A DNA stretch of 64,000 nt from Okamejei kenojei (GCA_035221665.1 CM069158.1:25234001-25298000); one strand, 5' to 3'; shown: positions 39,930 to 53,361, counted from the stretch's first letter. Numbers and translations: made by a program. The notes: generated from the sequence alone by a model not told the origin.

Positions 39930-41393
39930 ACATTTTATTTTTGGGCAGTTTATATTAAAAACATGAATTTTTGGCTGGAAGAAATGGATCAACAACCAGA
40001 TTGGTTAAGGATGGAAAAGGAGGATTGTCTACCTTTTGAAATTGGTTCGATTATATTTGTACCGACAAAATTGCACAAAAAAACTTATGGGGAAAACCCT
40101 ATAATATATAGTGGTACACAAATCTGGAAACAACTTAAAAAGGCTTTAAAACTGGATAATATACCACTCTGTCTCCCTATTGTAAACAATCCCTTATTCA
40201 AACCTTCCATGCTGGATAAAGGCTTTATACAATGGAAAAACTATGGAATCAAAAGGATGGAACACCTTTACAAGAAAGGCACTTATCTTTCATTTCAGGA
40301 ACTGCAACAGATTTATGGATTGCACGCAAATATTTTTTTTTGATATCTACAACTCAGAGATTATGTTAGGTCAAATACACAAGATTATAGGAATAGGGAA
40401 CCAAAAATCCTTGATGAATGTCTGAATAAGCATCCTAATACAGAAAAATTAACTTATATTTACAATACCCTTTTAGATAGCGAGATACCATCGACGGAAT
40501 CATATAGACATACATGGGAAAATGAAATAAATCAATCCATAACGAAAGATATATGGGACAAAAGTTTACAATATATACATCAATGCTCGCTAAACTCCAG
40601 ACATGCTCTAATACAATTTAAAGTATTACATAGATAACATTACTCCAAAGTTAAATTAAATAGAATCTTTCCACAGATATCCTCTACCTGCAATAAATGT
40701 CAACATCCAGAGGCTAATTTAACACATACTTTTGCAAATTGTATAAAAATTAAGAATTTCTGGATTGAGATTTTTAGAATAACTTCTGAAGTTATTAATA
40801 CTGGATCCGGACCCAAAATTAATAATACTTGGAACATCAGAACAAAGTTTAACTCTTACAACAAATCAAAGAAATTTCCTAGATTATAGTATAATAATTG
40901 GGAAGAAACTAATATTAAAATTTTGGAAAGGCCCTATATCCCCCACAATTAAAATGTGAATTACGGAAATGTCGGAGACCCTACACCTGGAAAGAATCAG
41001 ATTTGCCTTAATGGACAAACAATAAGTTTTCGTTAGAATATGGTCTTCTTTCATCGATTACTTAAAAGGGTAGAATGGTTCGGCAGGGAACCCTAACTGA
41101 AACTTGGACTCAGGAATAGATGAAAAGTTATATTTTATATTCCTTGATCTTACCTCCTATGATGTATTAATAGTAAATTATTCCATTCTTTATGATTTTC
41201 TTTTTTGATGTTGATTTTTATTTTATTTTTCTTACTGTTTTCCTCTCTTTATAAAAAAAAAATATTAGTCAAAATGATTCACTTGACAATATTAATAATG
41301 TATGTCCGTTGAACATGAAATATTGCTATCATAACATATGTTTGCTAAATCACTGTCTACATACTCTAATAAAAATATATATATTAAAAAAAA
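39930..41393 (+). mobile_element. 5'-truncated L1-clade LINE (ORF2 C-terminus, 3' UTR, A-tail)
   Basis: LSFQELQ..YGL, YLQLRD, LIQFKVLHR and CCHC knuckle CNKC..EANLTHTFANC (40689-40742), then AATAAA and an A-rich end. Contains stops and frameshifts. Confidence 0.85.
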
Positions 41394-42246
41394 TCAAGAG
41401 TGTGGTAGCTTTGCAGTTACTCTGGTTAATTAACAGTTCATTAGGGAAGCTAGGAAAATCAGTCTGGTAATTAAGTAAAAGGACCTGCTATTTTTATTCG
41501 CACTTGACCTACAACAGAGTCCTGATCTGCAATAAAATGGTTAAATTTTACCAACCCTCTGAAATAAGACAGCAAGCCTGGCACCAAAGGATAATAAACA
41601 CTCGCTACCTGTTATGCTTACATCCAATGATTATTAAGATTAATCTTAATTAAAATGTAAGATTTTAGACCCATCTAAAACAGTGAATTTGATTTTCTAT
41701 ACCAGTTAATGTTCTTAAAGATGTGGATGAAAATTATTGTATACTACTTTTGCATATGTTAATTGATATATAATCTGAAATATCGGTATGTATATTGGAT
41801 TATCTGCATTATTTTCTCAGATTAATGCTAACTGTGTTGGATAGTGGTACGACTTGGAACATCTGGCCCCTTTATGAAATATTGAGATCATGGGGTCATT
41901 CAGGATAATATTTAATTGAATAAATCCAGAAAACAGGTGCCTCATTTTTTGTATGCTAAATATACTGAATTAGCATTTTCAAATATTACTTCATCTCTTA
42001 CACAACTACATGAATAAATCCATAACGTGAATTTTATGAAAGGTAACGGAACTTTCAGTTTCTTTGTTTTTGATTTCTACAAGCTCTTAGCTCAAAAGTT
42101 AATGTCTGGAACTTTTTTTCCAATAATCTTGTGTCTAAATCTTTTTCTTAGGACAACTGATATGTCTGTCTTCTGTGCATATTCTCACTCCAATTTCTTT
42201 TTCTTTACATTGTCGCCTGCCGTCTGGCTTTGATATCACAACTCAG

Positions 42247-42303
42247 TGCATGGTGGGAAGGGTATTAGGTTTACCCATAGCGAGGAGGTTTATCCTGAAA
42301 AGG
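42247..42303 (+). CDS. UNC13A: 57-nt cassette exon (V)HGGKGIRFTHSEEVYPEK(G)
   Basis: cag|...|gtatgt, symmetric phase 1. Similar to the recalled rodent Munc13-1 insert VHGGKGTRFTLSEDVCPEM. Confidence 0.85.
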
Positions 42304-43043
42304 GTATGTCTGAGCTTAATGTTGCCATTAATGGCAGCATTAGAATGTCTGGGCTTGAAACAACTGTTCAGTTGATACCTAAGTGGGGCATAAAAGAATC
42401 TAATACTAAGCAACCCAAACTGAGCAGTCCTTGTGCATGTTTTTGCAGCAAGCACCTTTCTACAGATAATCAACACACAAAGTAGTGATTTGCTTGTTAC
42501 AATTATAATTAGGGAGGATTTTTTCATTTGGGTTAAAGAAAAGGTCTTTGCAAGACCCTGAAATGGAATTTCCTCTGAAATAATATTCAGTTTGTAAGGA
42601 GAGAAAACAAAGTTTGAATATCTTTTGAGGAATAGAAGCTTTTAGAAGATTTACAAAATCTATTGTTTTTGATAATAGCACTGCTTGGCTACATAGTCTA
42701 ATTTTTGAAGTCACACCAATTGGATTTAAACTCCCAACAAACTGAATTAAAGCATTTGTCATGCAGATTCGAATGTAGACTGGTATCTGTTATTTTTAAT
42801 TGCATCAAACTCACCAGAACAGAACCAGTGGCATTATGGTGGCTGATACATTGCTTGCACTGGGTTGGAGGGAGAGGAAATATTAACTGGTTAGATTTAT
42901 GCATGTCACTCATGGCTATCCCACTTAATAAATTAGTCGTTCAGTGGGGCTCACTTCGCATACAGTGAGTTTTGCACTGAATGCTTTACACAGTTAATAA
43001 TCATAATTAAAAGGGCCTTTCATATTTCTTTACAATTTTATAG

Positions 43044-43136
43044 GATCTGGTGTGGATGATCCAGTGGGAGAAGTATCTATCCACGTTGAGCTTTTCACTC
43101 ATCCAGGAACTGGAGAGCACAAAATCACAGTGAAAG
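43044..43136 (+). CDS. UNC13A: Munc13-1 exon ([31 protein letters not shown]), start of C2C
   Basis: tag|...|gttggt, 93 nt. Confidence 0.95.
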
Positions 43137-43236
43137 GTTGGTTGCAATACGATACGATAGAACTTTATTCATCCCCAGAGGAAAATTGGTCTGCCAACAG
43201 TCCATGAACATCAGCCACATCCTAGCTTTTTGGCAT

Positions 43237-43515
43237 TGTTTAGTTTAGAGATACAGTGTAGATTTAGGCCCTTCAGCCCACTGAGTCCACGTCGACCAGC
43301 GATCCCCGCACACTAACACTATCCTGCACATACCAGGGATAATTTAACCAAACCAATCAACCTACAAACCTGTACATCTTTAGAATGTGGGAGAAAACCC
43401 ACACGGTCATGAGGAGAACGTACAAACTGCGTATAGACTGCACCTCTGGTCAGGATCAATCCGGGTTTCTGGTGCTGTAGCAGGAGTTCAGGCAGCAACT
43501 CTACTGCTATGCTAC
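43237..43515 (-). mobile_element. V-SINE
   Basis: Reverse complement of the element at 45282-45590. Confidence 0.75.
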
Positions 43516-44327
43516 CTTGATCTCCACTTCAAAAACAATTGTAGGTTTTCTCAACAAATACATTCATCATAATAATGCGAGAAACAGAAGCAGGACTTGG
43601 CCACGCCATCCCTCGAGCCTGTCCCACCACTGATGGATCCTATGCCTTAACACATACATTGCCACCCAATACCCACATCTTTGGAATACCTGTGCAACTT
43701 TTGATCTCGGCCTTGAATATACTGAATTAATGCACAGGCTTACAACCATCTGTGTGTGTATGTATGGGGAAGAGAGAAAATCTTCTTTTCCAAATTATCC
43801 TGAAATTATACTCTAGAGTTTTAGACAGAAATAAATCTCAGCATCTATCCCATCAGTTCTCCTCCACATCTTGGTAAATTCATTTTGCACTCTTGTGATG
43901 TCCAGTGCATATAGGCTTAAACTCACTTTTTATAGGACAAGCTCCATGACACTAGAAGATGCAACAGCCCAGTTGTTTGGATAATTTTACCAGAAATATA
44001 CATTTATCATGTTCAGTCTTGATCAGCCTGGTTTTAAAAACATTTAATATAACCATATCTTCATTATTGGCAAATCCCAATGCCTTAGTGTTTTAAGTAG
44101 CCTTATAAACTAGGCAAATATATAGAAATGATTAACATACCAAAAATTATTTGCTTTGTTTTGTTTAACAATGTAATTAGTTTGCTGAAGCTTAACCTTA
44201 TTGTTTTGGAATCAGATTATAAATAAAGACACTTAGTTATAAAAGGTATCTTTTGGGAAAAATTGCATCTCTGAATCTTAAATCAGTCCTCCATCTTCCA
44301 AGTTCAATTTTACTTTCGAAAAAGTAT

Positions 44328-44730
44328 GGGTAGCACAGTGGAATCCGAGACCCAGATTCAATCCCGACCACAGGTGCTGCTTTTAGAGTTTGTACATTCT
44401 CCCTGTGACTCTTTTTCTTCTTTTGTGTGGCGGGCACAGCCTAAAGTTGTTGGATAACGTGTTCTATTTGATCTTCCGTTTGTGCACGGCAAGTTGATTG
44501 CATTAGTCGAAACAGGGCAGACCACGTGAAGGTTGCGATCTTCCACCCACTCGCTGTGACCACATGGGTTTTCCCCAGATTTCTTCCCACATTCTAAAGA
44601 CCAACACTTTGAAGATCTATTAGCTTCTGCAAATTCTCCCTTATGTGTAGGATAGTGGTAGTGTGCAGGGTGATTGCTGGTATGTGTGGGGGGCTCAATG
44701 GGCCTGCTTCCACCCAGTATCTATAAAGTC
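44328..44730 (+). mobile_element. V-SINE interrupted by a ~140-bp insertion (44410-44549)
   Basis: SINE consensus resumes after the insert; 11-bp TSD ctc(c/g)ctgtgac. Confidence 0.7.
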
Positions 44731-45281
44731 TAATGGTGAATAAGGCTGTTGTCATAGTTTGTATAGGAACTGTTCACAGAAAAAAAATCTGATTTATCTA
44801 CGAGTATCATAATACAAATTGTAAATAATTGATCAAGAAATGCAAAAACATGTCTCACTTCTGAAAGAACTACAATACATTAAACAAGTAATCTCACCAA
44901 GTCTTAATCTTTGAATATTAATCCCAAATATTTGCTAATTAAGAGCATTTCTCAAATGCAGTTAATGGAAAATAATTGTTAGTTAGGATAGAGCTATCAA
45001 CATGGTAAAATTGTAGGTTAGATATTCATCAAGCCATATTCACAAAAGCGTACAAGGCCTATGACATTAATGTGATTAAAACTGGCAAATTATCTGATCA
45101 CTAGGTAATCAACAATGCCTGCAAATCTCACCCCAATGATTATAGAGATTAATTATTTTTGTGGAGATACAAGGAATTGCAGATGCTGGAATCAGTTTTA
45201 ATGGGAAGGCCATCTGTGTCATCCATAGAACGGATGTCACAGAATTCTAATTAAGCACTGATTGATTAGATCTATTAGACC

Positions 45282-45590
45282 GGGAGTAGCATGGTGGCAC
45301 AGCGGTAGACGTGCTGCCTTACAGCCATTGCTGCGCCGAGGACATTGGTTCGATCCCGACAACGGGTGTTGTCTGTACGGAGTTTGTAAATTCTCCCCGT
45401 GACCACGTGGGTTTTCGCCGAGATCTTCGGTTTCCTCCCACACTCCAAAGACCTACAGGTTTGTAGGTTAATTGGCTTGGCATAAATTTAAATTGTCCCT
45501 AATAGGATAGTCTTTGTGTGTGGGGATCACTAGTTAGTGTAGACTTGGCGAGCCGAAGGGCCTGTTTCCACGCTGTATCTCTAAACTAAA
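45282..45590 (+). mobile_element. Near-complete V-SINE (HE1-like)
   Basis: A box 'tggcacagcgg', B box 'ggttcgatcc', V core, CR1 tail 'ctgtatctctaaactaaa'. Confidence 0.85.
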
Positions 45591-46487
45591 CACTCAGCAG
45601 TTTTACCTTCCCCTCTTATCTGCACTGTGCCATCCAGCCCATCTCTGTCATGACTCATCCCTGCCCAACTCCTTTTCATTCTCCAGCTAAGTAATGAAGA
45701 TAATTGTGGACACTGGGGTTTATCAAAAGAGCATTGGGAGGTTACATTAACTGGGGAAATGAGCAAGAGATTAGAACAGGGAAATGCAAGATGGTTGATG
45801 GGTTCCAAATTATTTTGGAATCCCAAGCCAATGCCTAAACATAATCAGTTGTTTATAAATAGCTCGAGTTTGATGTATTGCAACTTTATTGCCAAGTTAA
45901 CATAGCCCAGTTTTACAAACCTATATGCCTATTGAAATGTTACCTCTCCCATCAAGCACCCACTGACTGCCTTCAATAGGATTAATCATGACCTTAATGA
46001 ACAAAATGAAGATTTTAAAAAAAAACATCTAGAGAGCTGATTTGATGCACAAAGTTTTTAATGACCTGTAGTTTTAACATAGGCAAAATATGGTATTCAA
46101 AAACAGCGTGATAGGAGAATTGATTAACCAAGTGTTTATAATATCACACACCAGTTCTTAGTAATTGTTATTAATTATTAGTTCTATTCATATTTGTGCC
46201 TTGGGAATCATTCCCTGCTGAGAAACAAACCAATACACAATCTGAAAAATGTGCCGTGATTAAATGTTAATTAGCTGATAACATTCAAAGTGTTTCAGGG
46301 AATTTCAACCTCTCCTTATACCCATTATTCTCAATAAAAAACACAAAATGTCAATGAAACCATTTTGTGCATAGCTCATTTTTGCCAATTTGCAATGTAT
46401 TGCGAAAGTTTCATACCATTGTCCAAAAATAGTGCTCCTATATAGTTGAAATAATTAATCGTTTACAGCTTTATAATGCAGTTTTGT

Positions 46488-46768
46488 TTATGGACACAGC
46501 ATGTAAACAGGCTCTTCGGCCCAATGCGTCTATGCCACCGATCACCCATTCACACTAGCTCTGTTATCCCATTTTCTCATCCACTCCCTTTACACTAGAG
46601 ACCAACTAATCAACAAACCAGCACTTGTTGGGATTTGGGAGGAGACAGGAGCTCATGGAGGGAATGCATACTGTCACACGGGAAACGTGCACACTCCATC
46701 CAGACAGCATCAGAGTTCAGAATTGGATGCAGGTTTCTGGCACTGAGGCAGCAGTTCTACCAGCTGCC
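46488..46768 (-). mobile_element. V-SINE, diverged
   Basis: Minus strand head 'ggtagaactgctgcctcag', tail 'gggccgaagagcctgttt'. Confidence 0.65.
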
Positions 46769-46916
46769 CTGAAATGTAGCTTCAAAATTGGCTAATAATG
46801 ATTATAACCACAACTATGACCTCTGGATTTAAACACGTGAATCAAATGAAATACTAGCATGTAGAAACTGCAATTAAATCTATACTCTAGTCTTAACCTC
46901 TTTTCCTTTCTTGCAG

Positions 46917-47076
46917 TTGTGGCTGCCAATGATCTAAAGTGGCAAACAACTGGTATCTTCCGTCCATTTGTCGAAGTTAATATGATTGGCCCTCACCTAA
47001 GTGACAAGAAGAGGAGGTTTGCCACCAAATCCAAGAACAACAGCTGGGCTCCAAAGTTTAATGAAGCCTTTCAATT
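46917..47076 (+). CDS. UNC13A: Munc13-1 C2C exon ([54 protein letters not shown])
   Basis: tgcag|...|gtatgt, 160 nt. Confidence 0.96.
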
Positions 47077-47699
47077 GTATGTATCTTTTTATTCTGCTTT
47101 TAACAATGGGCTATTCAATATGGCCTGTTGGTTACTCTGAAAAGCATGTCAAATTTAGCCATTTCTTGTTTGAGTAGTGGGCAGCCATTTCAGCAACTCA
47201 CCTTATTCCCCCACTTGCTCAACTTCAGTCAACACAGTGAATTTTTGTAGTTTTGTTTTCCCCACTTGAATTATTCACAGGAATTGGTCATATTTCTAAC
47301 CTATGCAGGGATCATTGAAGCAGAAATAGTGACATTTCAAGATGCATGCAAAATGAAACAGAAATCAGTTACAAATTAGATCCACAAGAAACTGCAGGTG
47401 CTCAAATCTTGAGCAAAACAATGTTCAGGAGAAATTCAGCTGGTCAGACTGCATCAGTGGAGGGAATGGACAAACAATGTTTCAGATCAGGACCCTTCTT
47501 TCAGACCCAAACATTGCCAGTCCATCTCGTCACAGATGCTGCCTAAACCGCCGAGTTCCTCTAGCACTGCTTTGCTCAGATACAAAATAACTGCTTTGTT
47601 CAACTAATTTATGGTGGTTATCCAACGTGTTATCCTCTTCCCATATATCCGCCTAGTCTTCAGAAAGTCCATGTTATTACAGCCGTTATTATCATTCAT

Positions 47700-48000
47700 C
47701 TAGAAGTACAACATTATGAGAGGCATAGATAGGGTAGACAGTCAGAACCTTTTTCCTAGGTGGATATGTCAAAGGCTAGAGGATATTGCTTTAAGATGAG
47801 GGGGGCAAACCTAAGGTGCAGGGTAAGTTTTTTTTTTAATGCGGTGGGTGCCTGGATAGTGTTGCCAGGGGTGGTGGTGGAGACAGGTACAAGAGTGGCA
47901 TTTAAGGCACTTTACATAGGCACATGGATATGCAGGAAATGGATCACGCACAGGTATGAGATTAGTTTAATTTGGGATTATATCTGGCACAGACATTGTC
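47700..48000 (+). mobile_element. CR1 LINE 3' fragment
   Basis: 'attatgagaggcatagatagggtagacagtcagaacc' and tail. Confidence 0.7.
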
Positions 48001-48233
48001 TAATGATGGGTCTAATTTCTATGCATCAAAATTATATTTTCTTCCCAAATCTGGTTTCAGTTTTTTCAACTTAAAGAAATTTTGTCTATGCATGCAAGTT
48101 ATTACAACTGCAGTCATAATTATAGATAAAAGATGAGCGAGATACTGTATATCACGTGTGGGAAGGATAATGAGATATATACATCCCTCTAAATTTATAT
48201 CATTCACTCAACTAATTGCTTTTTCTTCTGCAG

Positions 48234-48519
48234 CACATTGAGTGCCGAGGATGGTCCAGAATGCTACGAAATCCAGATTTGCGTGAAAGATTACTGCTTT
48301 GCAAGAGAAGATCGGAGTGTTGGTATCGCTGTGATGCAGCTGCGAGATATTATCCAGAAGGGAAGTTGTGCCTGCTGGTTACCTCTGGGCCGCAGGATTC
48401 ACATGGATGAGACAGGATTAACTGTCCTCAGGATACTTTCACAAAGAAACAATGATGAGGTGGCAAAGGAATTTGTAAAATTGAAATCTGACATACGATC
48501 TGCTGAAGAAGGCAGTTGA
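48234..48519 (+). CDS. UNC13A: Munc13-1 terminal coding exon ([12 protein letters not shown]...[11 protein letters not shown])
   Basis: ctgcag acceptor, TGA at 48517-48519, clear C2C C-terminal match. Confidence 0.96.
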
Positions 48520-50664
48520 AAAAGGTGGCCAAAAATCAGAAAGGTAGATCAGAATTTAAAACTTTAATGTCTTAAGCTTTTTGGAGCTTCAGTTCTCTCA
48601 TCTTAATGAAGCCACATGCCCCAATTAAGTAAGCAAAAAAAATAACAAATCAGGAGGCCCGATTTAAGTTTGTCTGTGCATGTCTCTGTGGTTAATTTAT
48701 TTTTTCTTTGCCAGTGTGGACAATTAATTTTACTTTTTGTTCATGAGAGGCAGCACCCAGCCCCGTAGAAGTCAGAGTATTCTTATGGAGTTACAACTGG
48801 ATTAACTTTAACGGTTAATGTCACTCGAGTAAATAAATCCCACATGACTCTACTGAGCCCGTGTACAATGAGCACTGTGATCCTGTTCTTGTGGAGAGAC
48901 CTACAGCTGAAAGAACTTGTATACCTCTTGTGAAAAGCCTCAGTTAACCTTTCTCTTCAACACCAAACTGCCAAAGTGTCTTTATATTCACTGGTGTAAC
49001 TAATTTCTGACACATTCCACAGTATTTCCTGAATAGATTGTTAATCTGAGCTGTATTCACAAACAGGCTCAGTATTTTACGTAGCATTTAAGATTAGACA
49101 CAAGTTTTGGGGTTTAACTAACTGCTTTACAAAATGTCTGTAAAACAATAACTACGATGTGACCAATGTGAGCAAAGTTAAATATCCACAAGCTAATCAA
49201 CCCTCGAACCAGCAGCAGGGAGTAGTCACCATGACAAGCTGTTTCATGCAATCTGAAAAATTACTGTATTAAGCATGACCAACTTATTGTAATAATATCC
49301 ACAAAAGGTTTACAAATGTAATCCACCATGTATTGTATTTTACCATTTATTTCAACACATCAATTCCTTGTGCTGCTAGATATAAATTGGAGGACATTTA
49401 ATTAGTTGTAGATTTCTTTTTGTTAATAGACACAAAGGACTAAAGAGAGATTTAGATGTAAGGCTTAGAAGATGAGTAGATGCATGAAGCATTTGGAGTG
49501 TATATTAGTAATAAAAGATAGTGATCCCAATATTCTATTTACATTTGAAACAATTGCCTCTGCCACACATACAAAACAAGAGAAGGAAAACCAACATGTA
49601 TACATATTGGGATTTGGAGTTACTATAACCAAATGCTTTCCTGTAAACAATTGGTGCTGAAATGACTGATGGTTTGCTACACAGACCGTTAAGATAACCT
49701 AATCTTTATACCCAAGTTAACTACATCTTCATGTACACAATTGATTATACTCCTTGCAGCTCCCATGTGTTTCCTTTTTGACTTCCATTGGCCTGGACTT
49801 GGCCAACATTTCTACAGACAGGTGTAGGTGACCTGGTGAACACACAAGTCTTGAATTTCCTTGACCACGCTTTCACAGCACTCCACAATGGTGTGGCAGG
49901 AGCTTGCTGGAATACCACAGCACTTGTGCTAGGAAATCAACTCTCATTTGACCTGGCACAAGATCTATAAGCCTATTCATTTCTATGCAGAATTCATACC
50001 TACAAGGAAACATACTAATGACAAGTTATTTGCTTGCAATAATATTTAAATAATTAAAAGGGCTTTTAAATGAAAACGTTTAAGTTTTGAATGCATCTGA
50101 ATATCAGAAATATTCAGAAGCATTGAAAAATGTTGATAGCTTTGACAGATGACAATGCTGGGTTTATGGCTGTGGCAAGCAGTTTCCCTACCTGCATTTC
50201 CCCAGGAGTGCTGTGGACAAGGTCATGCATGGCCAAACATTGCCCTACCATTGATTGGCTTCAAGACTGCTTCTTCCAACAAGATTATTTTTCCTGATGT
50301 GGATCAGGTAGTTATGAAATGCAAAAATATCACAGCTCCACTCAAATTCCAAGGCATACAGTAAACCTAATGCAGCAGCACCAGCAGTGCTAATTTGCCA
50401 GATGTTCCAGACCACTGGCCAAGAGTGAATGCTACTACACTTATATACTGTACCCCAACATGTTATTTTTAAGATATTACATACTATTATAATGCATTTT
50501 TCCAGTGAACATGGTGCACTTAAGGAGAACATGGGAATGAGGCCCCAATGAACAAGATACTGAACCATCAGGATCTCCAAGCTAGGGGGGTAGCAAATTA
50601 GTGGAAAGTTTTACTGTAGTTGCTTTTGGTAGAAATTTTCATGCAACAAAAGATTACAAGATTA

Positions 50665-50950
50665 TGGGGCGGCACAGTTGCGCAGTGGTAGAGTTGCTGC
50701 CTTACAAGCCCCAGAGACCCAGATTCAATCCCGAATACGGGTGCTGTCTGTACAGATTTCCCTGTGACCGCGTGGGTTTTCTCCGGGTGATCCGGTTTCC
50801 TACCACACTCTAAAGGCGTACAAGTTTGTAGGTTAATTGGCTTCTGTAGGTTGCCCCTAGTGTGTAGGATAATGCTAGGGTATATGGGTGATCGCTGAAC
50901 TCTGTGGGCCAACGAGCCTGTTTACACACTGTATCTCTAAAGTAACTAAA
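50665..50950 (+). mobile_element. Near-complete V-SINE
   Basis: 'gcgcagtggtagagttgctgccttac'...'ctgtatctctaaa'. Confidence 0.85.
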
Positions 50951-52520
50951 TGATTACAAGACAATGCAAAAGAATTAAAAGATTTTGAGCACTGACCAAT
51001 CCATAGTAACACAGCTGACTCCATTCTGGTGAGCCCTTTGCACAATTGAACTGTAACGGGCAAGTTCTTTCTAACTGCTTTAACATTCAGCCACGCTCCC
51101 TGGTGAACCCTGGCAGGCTCAGCCTGTAGATTTCCCAGTACAAGTTACAAGGAAAATGTCATGTTAAAATAATCAGATCCCCCGAGGGAAACCCAGGCCA
51201 GTATCTTGATAGAATATGGAACAGCATAGTAACAGGCCTGTTGCTCCACAATGCGCATCCAACACAATGTCTGCTTAAACTGATGATCCCTTCCGCTTCC
51301 ACATGTACCACCCTGAAACAAGAACAGCAAGTCAACATTGAAAGTGTTTTCAGAGTAAAACACCCTGGCAAGTCTTAAGATATAATATCGCCAATTTAAA
51401 CCACAATTTTTATTTATATCTCTATAAGCAAGGGGCAAAGGCCCAAATCAAAACTTTTCAGTCATCAGTAATTGATTACAGCCATTAAATTGATTAAATC
51501 ATACACAAACATTTACTTAATGTTGGAAACAATATTAAGGCAAAGCACAATTAAAATTGATCAGATTTGAAAGGCCACTTTAGTCAGATGCTTATTATCT
51601 TGATCCCCTCGCCATTTTTCATTATATTTTATCAAAAATATGTACCCACTTCTAAACATTCACTCTTGGCTCTCTTGATCAGGAACAAAGACCATTAAAT
51701 ATTTAATATCTCTTACCTTTAGTGATGTCATGCACTCCCCATTCAGGGTGCAGGCAAAAACTGGCTTTTTGTCTCGTCCACGAGTGGTCAAGGAAATAAA
51801 AAAAGTTAGAATCATTTATAGATAAGGTTAGCATTTTATAGGAGCAGAATTGTCACTTATTCACAGATCAAATTATCCTAGTTCATTTTACATCAGGATC
51901 ATGGAAAAAATAGCAACGTTTGGCACAATTTCTTTTACAGACCTTATGTATTGAAGAAAAACTGGTGTCTAATCCTAAAGGGACCTCAAAATAAATTTTG
52001 CTTTTGGTTTAAAACCACTTTGCAGTGTCAAATGTGGTATTCTCCTGTTCACAATGGGTGACACTTGTTTTTGCTGCCTTACGTGCTGTTAAGTGTAAGA
52101 ATTGTTTTCTTTTGAGGGAGTGCATGACAGTAAAATTCAACGAGGGATATGGCACTTTATGGCTGAATAATTATTTTATTGAAGATGTGGGAAAACAGCA
52201 TGAAATAATTTTTGTGAAGTCATTTATCAAAATGGTGTTTTTGATAAGTTTTCAGCACCCAGCATGCTGAAAATAGTTTCCAAATAATATAGCACATACG
52301 ATAGAGGCAATTTCATTGCAACACGTGACTGATGTTCAGAGATGAATTGTGTGGCATGATTTGCACTATTACTACATTCATGTTTAAGATCCTATTCTGA
52401 ACAAGTCTTCGCACATGGGTTTTTCTTTTATATAGTTTGTATTTTAAAAGTATAAACATTTGTTTATTGGTTAGCAGATATGGAATTTGTGCCATACAAC
52501 CAAGTTTGGCATCCTCTTAA

Positions 52521-52526
52521 AATAAA
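52521..52526 (+). promoter_or_regulatory. Candidate distal polyadenylation signal of UNC13A
   Basis: AATAAA after a U-rich stretch about 4 kb past the stop. Other AATAAA hexamers exist (e.g. 48832). Confidence 0.3.
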
Positions 52527-52806
52527 CTTTTAACCCAATTTCTTTTCACATATAAACTGGTTTCAATTTATTGGATTAACCTGATAGTATATAATAGCAT
52601 TTTTCAAAAACTTCGAATTAAACATAGGCAGAAATGAATATTTTAATGCAGGACACCACAGTATCAATGTCACATCTCAACATCCTCAGCATAGGTGGTT
52701 AACTACACTACCAGATTATATGTTAGTATATGGTTCAAAAATGGTGATAAAATCTTTCATCCCACACCCAAAATGACCGACATACTGAATGATAAATAAA
52801 AACAAA

Positions 52807-52953
52807 GTGCTGGAGTAACTCAGTGGGTCAACTGAAGGATCTCGACCCAAAATGTCACCAAGACATGTTCTCCAGAGATGCTGCTTGACCCGCTGAGTTA
52901 CTCCAGCATTTTGTCTTGTTTGCAAACCAGCACCTGCTGTTCCTCATTTCTCC
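52807..52953. mobile_element. Palindromic Penelope-derived element with 16-bp TSD
   Basis: Inverted arms tgctggagtaactcag(t/c)gggtcaa, flanked by gataaataaaaacaaa at 52791 and 52954. Confidence 0.75.
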
Positions 52954-53361
52954 GATAAATAAAAACAAATCTGATGTTCTGCAGATTAATTTATAAACTA
53001 GTGCCAGTGTAGGAAGCAACTGCAGACACTGGTTTGTACCAAAAAGTGCTAGAGTAACTCAGCAGGTCAAGTAGCATGTCTGGAAAATATGGTTGGCAGT
53101 CAGATGAAGGATCCTAACCCAAATGATCACCTTGCCATATTCTCCAGAGATGACTCCTGTTCTGCCGAGTTACTCCAGCACTTAGTTGGTTTTGTACCAC
53201 AACCATTCAAAAGCCATGACACAAAAGCCACAATTTTACATTGCTTCTCTTACAATGCATATTTGGCATATGGGGTGTTGGTGTGCACGACACTCTTTCC
53301 AACCAGAAATGTGTGACAGTTCACAACACTGATCCCAACATTCAGGATCTTTTTGTTCCTC

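Noticed and set aside
41633-41650. Perfect 18-bp palindrome attaagattaatcttaat
   Set aside because: AT-rich and isolated, with no supporting context.
45282-45365. tRNA gene
   Set aside because: The A/B boxes belong to a SINE head and continue into SINE body and LINE tail.
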